Source: an uncultured Woeseiaceae bacterium
Lineage (GTDB): Bacteria > Pseudomonadota > Gammaproteobacteria > Steroidobacterales > Woeseiaceae
Direction: 5' to 3'
Length of the DNA stretch: 64,000 nucleotides
NCBI GenBank assembly: GCA_964446495.1
Contig: CAYUOY010000001.1
Location: forward strand, 17,735-81,734
A model generated the notes under the pieces. That model was not told the origin of the DNA, did no database searches, and worked only from the letters and a program-made list of their open reading frames with translations. The position numbers and the translations under genes are program-made. This document shows, in pieces, positions 45,748 to 55,524 of the stretch. Position 1 is the first letter of the stretch; every line of letters starts with the position of its first letter.

Positions 45748-47652
45748 CTAGGGCTCCAGCAAAAAGACACCGATCTTGTACGCCGAGAAGGTGTTGCTGG
45801 CGGCATCGTATTGGCCGCGGGCGAACATTGACCGTGCCCTTGAACCGGCGCCGAGTTCATTTGACACCGCCGTGACGAAGTCATCGAAATCAGCGTAAAG
45901 CTGCAGGCTGTCGGTCGTCTTGACGATGAACAATTTGCGTCCGGTCTCTCGTGGCGTAATCAAGGTGCTGGAATCGAGTTCAGCCAGATCGATCAGGACC
46001 GGACCGCTCTTGATGTGATGACGTTGGTCGATGTCCGGATTCTGGTTGTCGAGCAACATTCCTTCACCGTCGAGCGATAGGTATGGTGCCGCCGTACCGG
46101 CCGCGCCCCAGCCGACACCGAGCACGCTGCGTACCTGTGTAAAGTCGACCAGCGTCCGGCCTGCGAAGTCCGGTGGCGCGTTGCCAAAGGCATTGGGAAA
46201 ACCGAAGACGACAACCGGCTTGCCACTGGCCTGGAACGGCATCATCAGGTTCCCGGTGGATACTTCGTAGTTATCCGGATCGGCGTCCGTATCGGCACTC
46301 ATTCCGGTACCGCTGAAGTCGAAGACCTGGGCCCTGCGGCGGTCGATCGCATGCAGCTGTATATCGATCTGCCCGGGCATGACGGTATTTATTATGCCAC
46401 TCAGGTGAGTCACGTTCATGCGCACGACTCCGGCTGTTGCATCCATGTGTAGGCCGGCATCGTCTCGGCGGGTTACATCGCCGCGGATGGTCACGTTCTG
46501 TCCGATCGAGATAGCTTCAATCGTCAATTGGCCGTCGAATGTGGTTTTGAATACCTTGGTATCCGGGCCAACGGTGACGGTAATATCATCCCGAAAAAAT
46601 GCGCGTTCGTCGTTCAGGATGACGGTGCCGCCGCGAACGACGAGTTCATTGCCAGTCCGGGAGATAACACTGCCCTTGACGGCGTCGACGTCACTGCCGG
46701 GTACGCTGTCGCCGGCAAGTACAATGCTGGCCGTAAACTCTCGCTCGACAACATTCAATGTTCCCTGTGCCACAGTCAAGGTTCCACGCCCGGCAGCATT
46801 GAGGGCGCGCAGACCTTCAACGCCGATGAATGCATCGCCATTGACTTCAAACTCGGTCAGGTCGGTTACATGCACCTGTACACGGCCAAAATCACCGGCG
46901 CGATCGTGAAACGGGCGAATCGCGACCGTGTAAATCATCTCGGCTTCATTGGCCTCAATGAACAGGCCACGCACACGAATTTCCTTGCTGTCCACTGGAT
47001 CAATTTCGGCAACGATGAAGGGTTCCGAGGTCGCAATGGCCGGCGTCGAAGTAATGTCGACGGAGTGTGATGCGGCAAGATCGAAATCGATGGTGAGCAA
47101 AGACGCCCGCCCACGTGTGATCAGCAAACGCTCACGATCCGGTAGCACGATCTTAAGCGTCGTCTGGGTAAGCGCCACACCGTCACTATCAACAACGATA
47201 GCTTCCTTGGCTGCGCCGTCCGCTTCGACAAAAACTTCTGCATCGCTGTAGTCCAGGGTTATCGTCCCGGCAACGTAGGTGCCGGGAGGTACTGTTGTGG
47301 CGGACACAAATTCCGTCAAATCAACATACTGTGAAAAGTCGATTCGGGTCGTGCCGGGCAATGTTTCGATAACCGAGCCGTCGGCTTTCTCCAGCAGCAA
47401 CGAAACGACATCGACCGAATAACTCAGAAAGTCGCCGTCAGCATCCGTGATGCCGATCAACAATGTGCCGCATTCAGAAACAGTATCCGGATTGCCGGGA
47501 TCGCAGCTGGTAGCGATCGGGTCAGGTGTTGCAGTTGCGGTCGTACCGCCACCGCCACCGCATCCGCCCAGCATCAGCAGCATGAGGGTCATGGAAATCC
47601 ATATCAATTTGGCGCCTGTATACCCGGTAAGGCGATTATCGGAAAAAATCAT
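45748..47652 (-). CDS. large lipoprotein, uncharacterised (N-terminal region resembles the DUF4382-type beta-sandwich family)
   Basis: ATG 47652 preceded by GGGAG. Lipobox ..LLMLGG/CGGGGGTTATATPD. ..LLIGITDADGDFLSYSVDVVSLLLEKADGS.. The track ORF start at 47796 is an upstream extension. Confidence 0.6.
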   Translation of the reverse strand: MIFSDNRLTGYTGAKLIWISMTLMLLMLGGCGGGGGTTATATPDPIATSCDPGNPDTVSECGTLLIGITDADGDFLSYSVDVVSLLLEKADGSVIETLPGTTRIDFSQYVDLTEFVSATTVPPGTYVAGTITLDYSDAEVFVEADGAAKEAIVVDSDGVALTQTTLKIVLPDRERLLITRGRASLLTIDFDLAASHSVDITSTPAIATSEPFIVAEIDPVDSKEIRVRGLFIEANEAEMIYTVAIRPFHDRAGDFGRVQVHVTDLTEFEVNGDAFIGVEGLRALNAAGRGTLTVAQGTLNVVEREFTASIVLAGDSVPGSDVDAVKGSVISRTGNELVVRGGTVILNDERAFFRDDITVTVGPDTKVFKTTFDGQLTIEAISIGQNVTIRGDVTRRDDAGLHMDATAGVVRMNVTHLSGIINTVMPGQIDIQLHAIDRRRAQVFDFSGTGMSADTDADPDNYEVSTGNLMMPFQASGKPVVVFGFPNAFGNAPPDFAGRTLVDFTQVRSVLGVGWGAAGTAAPYLSLDGEGMLLDNQNPDIDQRHHIKSGPVLIDLAELDSSTLITPRETGRKLFIVKTTDSLQLYADFDDFVTAVSNELGAGSRARSMFARGQYDAASNTFSAYKIGVFLLEP

Positions 47653-47930
47653 GTTTGTCTCCCTGGTCGAAATAAATTGTTCGTTACGAGCTATAACGAG
47701 GCTCGGCGAAATCGGTTGACCTGAGGTCGATACCACCCGGAATTCATCCGCGTGGTAGCGGTCAGTACAGGAGGAAGGTACAAATAATACAGTCACTTAC
47801 CTTGTATTCTTCCGGTAACCTGTCAATATGTGCAGGCAACACAGCAGCGAAAGTGAGAATGTCCTGTTACGCCACGAACAGCAAAGGCGAGTGACTTGAT
47901 GCCGTCGATAAATACGGCGATCATGGCCCC

Positions 47931-50633
47931 ATGAGTACACCGTCTTACGGGAAACCATCAAACCCCGTTCCGTTGCGTAAACGGCGGCCACGTGCCGGCG
48001 AGAGAAATCGCGGTTCTGTTGACGCCTTGCAAACCAAAATTGCGGTCAACATCCAGAATCTGGATCCCGATCGGTTTATTGAACAACTCAAAAGTAACGT
48101 TGCCGAATTGCCGGACGCAAGTGGTTGTGACGCGGCGTTTCTGGCGCTATTCAGTGCAGACGGTTCCATCTTCGAGACTGTATTGTCCTCCGGTTCCGTT
48201 TTCTGCAGCTGCAACCCGGATGCGCTCACCAACGAGTCACTCGCACACTGGCCCTGGCTCAGCAAACGCCTTGGACATTTGCGTTTGATTGAAATTGCGA
48301 ATTCGGATGAAGGGCCAAATATCGCCGCCGATGAATATTCCCGGCTGGCCGATTTACACATGGGATCGTGCCTGATCATTGGCTTTGCGGTGCGCAACGA
48401 GATCGCAGGATTCCTCGCACTGGCGAATGAACGGCCGGTGGATTCCTGGGATGCCAACAATCATTTGCTGATGAAGTTGATCGGCTCGTCGCTGGCGTCG
48501 GGACTTGAGCGTCTGCGCGCGAGCGAACAACTGGCGGAGCTTGAAGAGCGCCGGGATCTGGTCAACCTTATCGCGCACGACGGTGTGTGGGATTTCGATG
48601 GCGAAACGAAGCGCATCAAATTGTCGCGTCGGTGGCGCGAGATGCTCGGTTACGATCTCGATCAGGAAGATGTGTTGCCGGACTGGTATCGACTCGTTCA
48701 TCCGGACGACATGTCGCGGGTACAAGGGAAAATGCGAGATCACCTCGAGGGAAAAACACCATTCTTCGAAAGTGTTCATCGCATGAAGCATCAGAACGGG
48801 GGATGGCGCTGGATGACGAGCCGTGCGAAGGCACGTACGGATGATCGAGGGCGATTGTTGCGCCTGCTTGGCGTGGAAGTAGACATTACCGATCGCAAAC
48901 TCTATGAAGAAGCGCTGTTCCGCGAAAAAGAGAGCGCCCAGATCACCTTACGCTCTATTGGTGACGGTGTTATCACCACCGATGCGGACTATAACGTTGA
49001 GTACATCAATCCGATTGCCGAGGAACTGACCGGCTGGAAAGTGGACGACGCCAGCGGGCGGCCGATTGATGAGATTTTCCGCGGTTTCCATGAAGAAACC
49101 TGTGAGCCACTCGAAAATCCGCTGGCCGTCTCCATTCGGCGTAATCGACCGATTAAGTCCGTGCGACCGACACTGCTGATTCGTCGTGATGGCAACGAGC
49201 TCTACATCGAAAACACGGCATCACCGATTCGTAACGGCAATGGTGATGTCACAGGCGGTGTGCTGGTGTTCCATGACGTCAGTGAGTCGCGGGAACTGAA
49301 TCGCCGCTTGTCCTATCACGCGAGTCACGACATTCTGACCGGACTGGTCAATCGCCGCGAGTTCGAGAATCGGCTGGAGCGTGCGCTGAAGAGCGCGAGA
49401 GCAAGAGAAACTGCCTACGCCCTGTGCTATCTCGATATTGATCAGTTCAAGATCGTCAACGATTCCTGTGGACACAGCGCAGGCGATGCGTTGCTCGGCC
49501 AGCTTGGTGCGCTGCTCAAGTCGAAGATTCGCTGGCGCGATACGCTGGCGAGACTCGGTGGCGATGAGTTCGGGGTTTTGCTCGAGAGTTGCAGTTTGGA
49601 AGAGGCCATGCAGACCGCAGAGGTGTTGCGCGTTGCAGTCAGTGAATTCAAGTTTATGTGGGACGATCGCAGTTTCCGTCTCGGGGTGAGTATTGGCGTC
49701 GTACCCATTTCCGCTGACAACGAAGACGTTGCCGCGTTGCTCAGCGCGGCTGATAGTGCGTGTGCGGCCGCGAAAGAGGCGGGTAGAGACCGTATCCATA
49801 GTTTCCGCGAGAATGACATTGATCTGATGCGTCGCCGTCGCGAAATGCAATGGGCAGCGCGGATTAACAATGCGCTTGAAGAAGATCGTTTCGAGTTGTA
49901 CCGACAAACCATTCTGCCCTTGCAAACCGAAGAGCCAGGCGTTCATTACGAAATTCTCTTGCGCATGCGGGATGAGTCGGGCGGCATTGTAGCCCCGGGT
50001 TTGTTTATCGAAGCCGCGGAGCGTTACAGCATCACTCCAAGCATTGATCGATGGGTAATCACCAATACGTTTCGCTGGCTGGTGTCTGAAGCCGATGAAC
50101 GTGAACGCCTGGCATTGTGCTCCATTAACCTGTCCGGCCAGAGCCTGGGTGACGATAAATTCCTGCCCTTCGTCATCGATCAGTTCCAGATGAGTGGACT
50201 GGATGCGACCAAGATCTGTTTTGAAATTACCGAAACGGCAGCCATTGCCAGTTACTCGCAGGCGAATCGCTTTATCAATGCACTGAAGGAGCTGGGTTGT
50301 AAGTTCGCGCTGGACGACTTCGGTACTGGATTGTCATCATTCGGCTACCTCAAACATTTTCCTGTGGATTTCCTGAAGATTGACGGCAGTTTCGTCAAGG
50401 AAATTCTGCATGATCCGATTGATCGGGAGATGGTTCGTTCGATCAATGAAATCGGCCACCTGACCGGCAAGCGCACGATTGCGGAGTTTGCCGAAAACGA
50501 AGAAATTATAACGATGTTGAAAGGCATGGGTGTGGACTACGCTCAGGGCTATGGCGTTTCAGAACCAAAGCCTGTTGCCATCGGCATCACAGCACAGATC
50601 GAAAGCAGCGAATCGCCTTCATCCGAGGCTTAA
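47931..50633 (+). CDS. multidomain c-di-GMP turnover protein (N-terminal sensory/GAF-like region, PAS domains, GGDEF, EAL)
   Basis: PAS/PAC-type segments (..HDGVWDFDGETKRIKLSRRWREMLGY..HPDD..; ..ITLRSIGDGVITTD..). GGDEF motif RLGGDEFGVLL with an RxxD I-site (RWRD) 5 residues upstream. EAL domain ..YEILLRM.., ..NLSG.., ..EITE.., ..LDDFGTG.., ..LKIDGSF... Confidence 0.9.
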   Translation: MSTPSYGKPSNPVPLRKRRPRAGERNRGSVDALQTKIAVNIQNLDPDRFIEQLKSNVAELPDASGCDAAFLALFSADGSIFETVLSSGSVFCSCNPDALTNESLAHWPWLSKRLGHLRLIEIANSDEGPNIAADEYSRLADLHMGSCLIIGFAVRNEIAGFLALANERPVDSWDANNHLLMKLIGSSLASGLERLRASEQLAELEERRDLVNLIAHDGVWDFDGETKRIKLSRRWREMLGYDLDQEDVLPDWYRLVHPDDMSRVQGKMRDHLEGKTPFFESVHRMKHQNGGWRWMTSRAKARTDDRGRLLRLLGVEVDITDRKLYEEALFREKESAQITLRSIGDGVITTDADYNVEYINPIAEELTGWKVDDASGRPIDEIFRGFHEETCEPLENPLAVSIRRNRPIKSVRPTLLIRRDGNELYIENTASPIRNGNGDVTGGVLVFHDVSESRELNRRLSYHASHDILTGLVNRREFENRLERALKSARARETAYALCYLDIDQFKIVNDSCGHSAGDALLGQLGALLKSKIRWRDTLARLGGDEFGVLLESCSLEEAMQTAEVLRVAVSEFKFMWDDRSFRLGVSIGVVPISADNEDVAALLSAADSACAAAKEAGRDRIHSFRENDIDLMRRRREMQWAARINNALEEDRFELYRQTILPLQTEEPGVHYEILLRMRDESGGIVAPGLFIEAAERYSITPSIDRWVITNTFRWLVSEADERERLALCSINLSGQSLGDDKFLPFVIDQFQMSGLDATKICFEITETAAIASYSQANRFINALKELGCKFALDDFGTGLSSFGYLKHFPVDFLKIDGSFVKEILHDPIDREMVRSINEIGHLTGKRTIAEFAENEEIITMLKGMGVDYAQGYGVSEPKPVAIGITAQIESSESPSSEA

Positions 50634-50638
50634 TGGCA

Positions 50639-51496
50639 TCATTGAGCTACGCAGCGCATCGACAGGTCGATGGCGTCAATGTTCTTGGTGATAGCCCCCA
50701 CTGAAATATAGTTCACGCCGGTTCCTGCAACTGCTGCGATTTCGTCCATTGTCAGCCCGCCCGAAGCCTCCAGTTCAGCCGCTGGATTGCCCACTTTCTG
50801 ATTGATGGCGACAGCCTTTTCAAGCATTTCGATTTGGAAGTTATCAAGGAGAACTCGCTCGGCATTTTCTGCCAGGGCTGCTCGCAATTCTGCCAGCGAT
50901 TCGACCTCAATCTCTATGGGCATGTCAGGATGCAGTTGCCTGGCTGCGATGATGGCGGCAGGAATTCCGCCGGCACTCGTGATGTGATTTTCTTTGATCA
51001 GAATTGCATCGAACAGACCGACCCGATGATTGCAACCACCACCACAAACAACCGCATATTTCTGTGCCAGGCGCAGTCCCGGCAGTGTCTTGCGCGTGTC
51101 GAGAATCCGGCAATTTGTGTCGCTCACAGCATGGACGTATTTCGCGGTTACTGTGGCCGTCGCTGACAGCGTTTGCAGGATATTCAATGCCGCGCGCTCG
51201 CCCGTCAGGATAGATCGAGCACGACCATGAAGGCGGCAGAGCGTAGAATTCGCGGCGACACTGTCGCCATCCGCTGCTGCCCAATCCAGGGCAATACCAG
51301 AATCCAGCTGCCGAAACACTTCGTCGACCCAGGGTTGACCCGCCAGCGTCATGGAATCTCGTGTTATCAGTGTTGCTTCGATCACCGCGCCGGCTGGAAT
51401 GAGTTCGGCCGTCAGATCGCCACTGCCTACATCTTCCTGCAACGCGCGCGCGACCAGCGTGCGTATGTCCTGCCGTAATGTGTCGTCGATATGCAT
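50639..51496 (-). CDS. nadC: nicotinate-nucleotide (quinolinate) pyrophosphorylase
   Basis: ..ARALQEDVGSGDLTAELIP.., ..ILTGERAALNILQTLS..A.., ..RILDTRKT.PGLR...KYAV..GGG.NHR.GL.D..LIKENH.. are characteristic of NadC. Confidence 0.9.
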   Translation of the reverse strand: MHIDDTLRQDIRTLVARALQEDVGSGDLTAELIPAGAVIEATLITRDSMTLAGQPWVDEVFRQLDSGIALDWAAADGDSVAANSTLCRLHGRARSILTGERAALNILQTLSATATVTAKYVHAVSDTNCRILDTRKTLPGLRLAQKYAVVCGGGCNHRVGLFDAILIKENHITSAGGIPAAIIAARQLHPDMPIEIEVESLAELRAALAENAERVLLDNFQIEMLEKAVAINQKVGNPAAELEASGGLTMDEIAAVAGTGVNYISVGAITKNIDAIDLSMRCVAQ

Positions 51497-51510
51497 ATCG
51501 TGCGGAGCCC

Positions 51511-51539
51511 AAAAGAAACCCGGCGCACGGCCGGGTTTC
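51511..51539 (-). terminator. intrinsic terminator downstream of the membrane-protein gene
   Basis: GAAACCCGGC-cgtgc-GCCGGGTTTC perfect 10-bp hairpin followed by TTTT on the minus strand, between the stop at 51562 and the nadC start. Confidence 0.7.
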
Positions 51540-51561
51540 CTGTACCGGGTCGGTTTTCCGT

Positions 51562-52179
51562 CTACATCATGAAGCCGTGGTGCGATCCCACCATGCTCAT
51601 TACCATCGGGATGGACATCAGGGTGTTGGAGCGCGAAGCTAAAAATGCAATGCGTTTGCCTTTTGCGATTTCGTCTGCGCTGGCTTCAACCATGCCAAGG
51701 ATCTTCTTTTGGTTCGGCCATATCAGAATCCAGACATTGAACAACATGAACGTACCAAGCCAGGCGCCGATACCAATAGTCAGAGCCCGCTGGTTGACGA
51801 CGTCGCCGCTCATGCCCAGCATGAAAACGTCCAGGAAGTCGTATGACGGGGTATGCATCAAATAGGCAGCACCGGTTATCCAGGTAAATGCCGCGCCCCA
51901 GCGAAACCACCATAATGCGCGGGGAGCGACGTATTTCGTAATTCCCGCGCCACCAGGTCCGCCGTCATCGCTGGCCGCTTCGCCTAATGCCGGGACCTGC
52001 ACAAAATTGAAATAATAAAGAAGTCCGATCCAGGTGATACCCGAGAGTACGTGTAACCAGATCATGGACGCATCGGCCACTGAAACTACTACGTGATTAC
52101 CCAGTGTTGCCAGTACGATTACAATCGACAGGACAATGCCCGCGATAATAGTACCGCCTACGGTATTTAATGGATTCAT
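51562..52179 (-). CDS. integral membrane protein (resembles the N-terminal membrane domain of PuuD-type urate hydroxylases)
   Basis: 205 aa, ~5 TM segments. ..HVLSGITWIGLLYYFNFVQVP.. and ..ALWWFRWGAAFTWITGA.. recall that domain family, but no cytochrome c part is present. Confidence 0.45.
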   Translation of the reverse strand: MNPLNTVGGTIIAGIVLSIVIVLATLGNHVVVSVADASMIWLHVLSGITWIGLLYYFNFVQVPALGEAASDDGGPGGAGITKYVAPRALWWFRWGAAFTWITGAAYLMHTPSYDFLDVFMLGMSGDVVNQRALTIGIGAWLGTFMLFNVWILIWPNQKKILGMVEASADEIAKGKRIAFLASRSNTLMSIPMVMSMVGSHHGFMM

Positions 52180-52358
52180 GTCTGGTGTCTCCCTGGTATT
52201 GGTTGTTTTCTTATAACAATTATTATTGCCCGGCGTGGTACCCCGAGGGACGACTGCTTCCTACCGGCAGTCGTGCGAGGGCCATTATAGAGTCTGATTG
52301 TGCCTTTTAGCCAGTCGCGTACAATATTGTCGAAATCTGGTCTGTTTGAGACACAAAG

Positions 52359-52700
52359 ATGAAATTTCTTTCACTTTTGGTGGCAATCTGGGTGCTCGGC
52401 GGCTGTACCTCGATGCTTGTCGGTGCTTCAGGAGACTCGGCGGGCAGTGCTATTGGCTCGAACAATCGCAGTGCGTCTCAGACCTCGATGGACGATGAGA
52501 TTTCAACGAAGATCCGCAGCCGGTTTGCGCTGGATGGAGACCTGAGCGGGATGGGTCTGCGGGTTGCTACTCGCCAGGGCATCGTCACCTTGCGTGGTAC
52601 GGCAGGCAGTTTTGCAGAGCGTGATCGGGCGATTCGGCTGGCCAGGGATGTGAAACACGTGGTACGGGTTGACAGTCAAATCAATATCAACACAAAATGA
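52359..52700 (+). CDS. BON-domain lipoprotein (OsmY-like)
   Basis: Lipobox MKFLSLLVAIWVLGG/C. BON-type ..VATRQGIVTLRGTAGSFAERDRAIRLARDVKHVVRVDSQI.. Confidence 0.7.
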   Translation: MKFLSLLVAIWVLGGCTSMLVGASGDSAGSAIGSNNRSASQTSMDDEISTKIRSRFALDGDLSGMGLRVATRQGIVTLRGTAGSFAERDRAIRLARDVKHVVRVDSQININTK

Positions 52701-52774
52701 GCGCTGGCTTGAATTGGCGGCCGTTGGCCTCAAATCAGTGGGTCGGTTAACTAAATTCAGAAGAGTGAGCAATC

Positions 52775-53110
52775 GTGGATATAAATGAAAGAATCAAGGA
52801 CCAACTGGGCAGTCACTCTGTACTTTTGTACATGAAGGGAACGCCTGATTTCCCGCAATGCGGATTTTCCGGCCAAACCGTGGCCGCCCTGAACGCAATT
52901 GGCAAGCCCTATGCCACCGTCAATATTCTGGAAGACTCCGAGATTCGTGAGGGCATGAAAGTCTATTCAAACTGGCCGACATTCCCGCAACTCTACGTTA
53001 ACGGCGAGTTGGTGGGTGGTTGCGATATTATTGTGGAGATGTACCACTCCGGTGAGTTGAAGAGTCTTGTTCAGGACGCGGGCGAGCAGGACACCGCGAC
53101 AGAGACCTAG
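52775..53110 (+). CDS. grxD: monothiol glutaredoxin (Grx4 family)
   Basis: ..VLLYMKGTPDFPQCGFSGQ..WPTFPQLYVNGELVGGCDI.. Confidence 0.9.
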   Translation: MDINERIKDQLGSHSVLLYMKGTPDFPQCGFSGQTVAALNAIGKPYATVNILEDSEIREGMKVYSNWPTFPQLYVNGELVGGCDIIVEMYHSGELKSLVQDAGEQDTATET

Positions 53111-53130
53111 CTAGCCTGGCTCTTCCTTAC

Positions 53131-53805
53131 TCAGGACTCATGTTTTTGCGGGGTCGACATTTCCTTTTCGTTGTCCCAGTCCTGGGGTCGTGCTGACTCG
53201 AAGACCGGTCGGAATCGATTGACGACGTCACAAAAAATATCGGCGGTAATCTCGGCGTCGTAGGCGGCCGAATGTGCCTGGCTCTCATCCCAGGCCATCC
53301 CTGCCGCCTTCACCGCGCGCGCCAGCACGGTTTGTCCATAGGCCACACCACACAATGTAGCCGTGTCAAAACAACTGAACGGGTGGAATGGATTACGTTT
53401 GATCTCCGTGCGTTTCATTGCTGCATTCAGGAAGCCAAGATCAAAGGCCGCGTTATGTCCGACCAAAATAGCCCGGGTACAGCCCTGCTCACGTACAGCG
53501 CGTCGAACCTCACGAAAAATGCGTTGTAGCGCATCCCGTTCATCAATCGCCGGACGCAACGGGTGGTTCGGATCAATTCCGTTAACCGCCAGAGAGGCCG
53601 GTTCCATGTTGGCACCCTCAAACGGCGTGACGTGGTAACGAAATGTTTCTCCGCGTACCAGCGAACCGTCCGCTTGCGGGTCGACCAGCACGGCGGCTAT
53701 TTCCAAAAGTGCATCTGTTTGTGCGTTGAAGCCGCCGGTTTCGACGTCGACAACTACCGGCAGGAAACTTCGAAACCGATCCGCTATTGCAAAGTGATCA
53801 CTCAT
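53131..53805 (-). CDS. rnt: ribonuclease T
   Basis: ..[63 protein letters not shown].. is collinear with E. coli RNase T. Confidence 0.9.
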   Translation of the reverse strand: MSDHFAIADRFRSFLPVVVDVETGGFNAQTDALLEIAAVLVDPQADGSLVRGETFRYHVTPFEGANMEPASLAVNGIDPNHPLRPAIDERDALQRIFREVRRAVREQGCTRAILVGHNAAFDLGFLNAAMKRTEIKRNPFHPFSCFDTATLCGVAYGQTVLARAVKAAGMAWDESQAHSAAYDAEITADIFCDVVNRFRPVFESARPQDWDNEKEMSTPQKHES

Positions 53806-53807
53806 CG

Positions 53808-55376
53808 CTATTTTACGCCCACTGGTCGTTGCCAGTTGTCATTGTCAAGAACGCCTTTATCCAGAATCAGATCCAGCGAAAAGCGAACGCCGAAGCCGGT
53901 AATTTCGGTCGGGATATGTGCCAGACCACCCTTGCGCTGGCAGGCACTCAAATCGACATGTACCCATGGAATGTCGGCATCGACAAACTCGTTGAGAAAG
54001 CTGGCAGCCAGAATATGATCGCCACCACCGTTGGCTGAACACTGCATCAGGTCGGCCGTGTCACTCTTGAGATCTTCAAGAAACTCTTTGCCGGTTGGAA
54101 ATGGCCATACTCGCTCACCACTGTCGCGCCCGCTTGCCTTCAGGACGGGGTGCAGATCAGGATGATTGGTGAAAACGCCGCTGTACCGTGTCGTGATAGC
54201 GGTCATGCAGGCGCCAGTAAGGGTCGCATAGTCCAATAGGAAATCGGGTTTCTCCCGGCAGGCGAAAACCAGCGTGTCCGCCAGGGCCATCCGACCTTCC
54301 GCGTCAGTATGAATTGTCTGGATGGTCTTGCCATTTGCCGCGGTCACCACATCCTGCGATTTGTAGGCATCAGGTCCGGTGCGATTTTCGGTAATGGCGA
54401 GCCAGCAATCGATGGCAAAAGGCACCTCAAGCTCTGTCAATGCCTGCAACGTGCCGACGGCAACCGCGCTGCCACCCATGTCGATATGCATATCAAGCAT
54501 GGAGGTGAATGGCTTCAAATTGGTGCCGCCGGTATCGAAGATGATGCCTTTGCCAACGAGGCTTAGAGTGGGCGACTTCGTTTTCTTGGATGGACGATAA
54601 CGCAGGCAAACGATGGCAGCGCTGTCATCGGCGTTGCCTTGTGCAACCGCCAGGAAAGCGCCAGCCCCCATTTTCTTCAGCGCGGCAACACTGAATTTCC
54701 TGAATTGCCAGTTGTTGGTCCTGGCAAACTTACGCAGCAGGTTCACATACTCCGTGGCATCAAGTTTGTTTGGCGGCAGTGCCGTGAGCCCGCGCGCAAG
54801 GTTATTGCCGCGGGCTTCCGCCGTTACCCGACCCAAATCCATTCTCTGCTCCAGGCCGACCAATCGTATTGATTTTATTTTCTCCGGCGCCGGTTTCTCC
54901 CGGAATGTTGGCAATGCGTAGCCGGCGGCCAGTGCGGCCGAAAGCATGTCGTGGACTAGCTGCTGTTGTTCGCTAACATCGAAACCCAATACCCAGATAC
55001 CGAGCGTGCCCGCTTTTTCGGATAGTGCGGCAGCAACCAGCTTGCGGGAGAAACCCAGCCGTTTGAATGGCTCGTCAGTGACGGCCACATGACCCGCATG
55101 TAGTGCAGTTTGTCGCTTGTTACTGAGTCGGCTTGAAATAGCCGGCACACTTCCTGGTTGCCGTCGTTTTGCAAGTGCTTTTAGTTTGTTGCCCTGCGGA
55201 ATCTGGCGCCATACGGAGGCCGGGACCTTTTGCGGCAACACCAGCAACAGCTGATCAATTCCGTCAAAAATCGCTGCATCCGGTCGCCCGACGGATTGGG
55301 TGATTTTCAGATGGTTTCCGATGAATTCGTTCGCATCCAGACATGTCATTTCAGCACTAACCTTCGAGGCCCACAT
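53808..55376 (-). CDS. M17-family leucyl aminopeptidase-like protein
   Basis: ..[17 protein letters not shown]...[13 protein letters not shown].. and ..[13 protein letters not shown].. are M17 catalytic-domain motifs. ATG 55349 is an alternative start. Confidence 0.8.
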   Translation of the reverse strand: MWASKVSAEMTCLDANEFIGNHLKITQSVGRPDAAIFDGIDQLLLVLPQKVPASVWRQIPQGNKLKALAKRRQPGSVPAISSRLSNKRQTALHAGHVAVTDEPFKRLGFSRKLVAAALSEKAGTLGIWVLGFDVSEQQQLVHDMLSAALAAGYALPTFREKPAPEKIKSIRLVGLEQRMDLGRVTAEARGNNLARGLTALPPNKLDATEYVNLLRKFARTNNWQFRKFSVAALKKMGAGAFLAVAQGNADDSAAIVCLRYRPSKKTKSPTLSLVGKGIIFDTGGTNLKPFTSMLDMHIDMGGSAVAVGTLQALTELEVPFAIDCWLAITENRTGPDAYKSQDVVTAANGKTIQTIHTDAEGRMALADTLVFACREKPDFLLDYATLTGACMTAITTRYSGVFTNHPDLHPVLKASGRDSGERVWPFPTGKEFLEDLKSDTADLMQCSANGGGDHILAASFLNEFVDADIPWVHVDLSACQRKGGLAHIPTEITGFGVRFSLDLILDKGVLDNDNWQRPVGVK

Positions 55377-55524
55377 GGGCCATAATACGTATAATCAATG
55401 AGGCGCCATCGAGCGACTGGGGTCTGCGAGCTCGACGAGTGCGGTGATCCTAGCAGGACGCCTTATCTAATTCACGCCACAAAAAAACTGGCCAAGCCGC
55501 AAAGGTATTGTTGTAGACAATAAT

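Noticed and set aside
49900-49960. The EAL signature reads E-I-L (YEILLRM), which could hint at an inactive phosphodiesterase
   Set aside because: The catalytic Glu is present, as are the downstream metal- and substrate-binding motifs (NLSG, EITE, DDFGTG, KIDGSF). The middle residue of the EAL motif is known to vary in active enzymes.
51497-51561. A strong hairpin only ~15 nt upstream of the nadC start, considered as a possible riboswitch or attenuator for nadC
   Set aside because: On the minus strand it has the hairpin-plus-T-run form of an intrinsic terminator, placed right after the upstream membrane-protein gene. No alternative pairing or conserved riboswitch-like motif was seen.
54290-54320. 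The M17 aminopeptidase motif reads HTDAEGR instead of the usual NTDAEGR
   Set aside because: This is a single conservative deviation outside the metal ligands as far as I can judge by eye. It is not enough to claim altered function.
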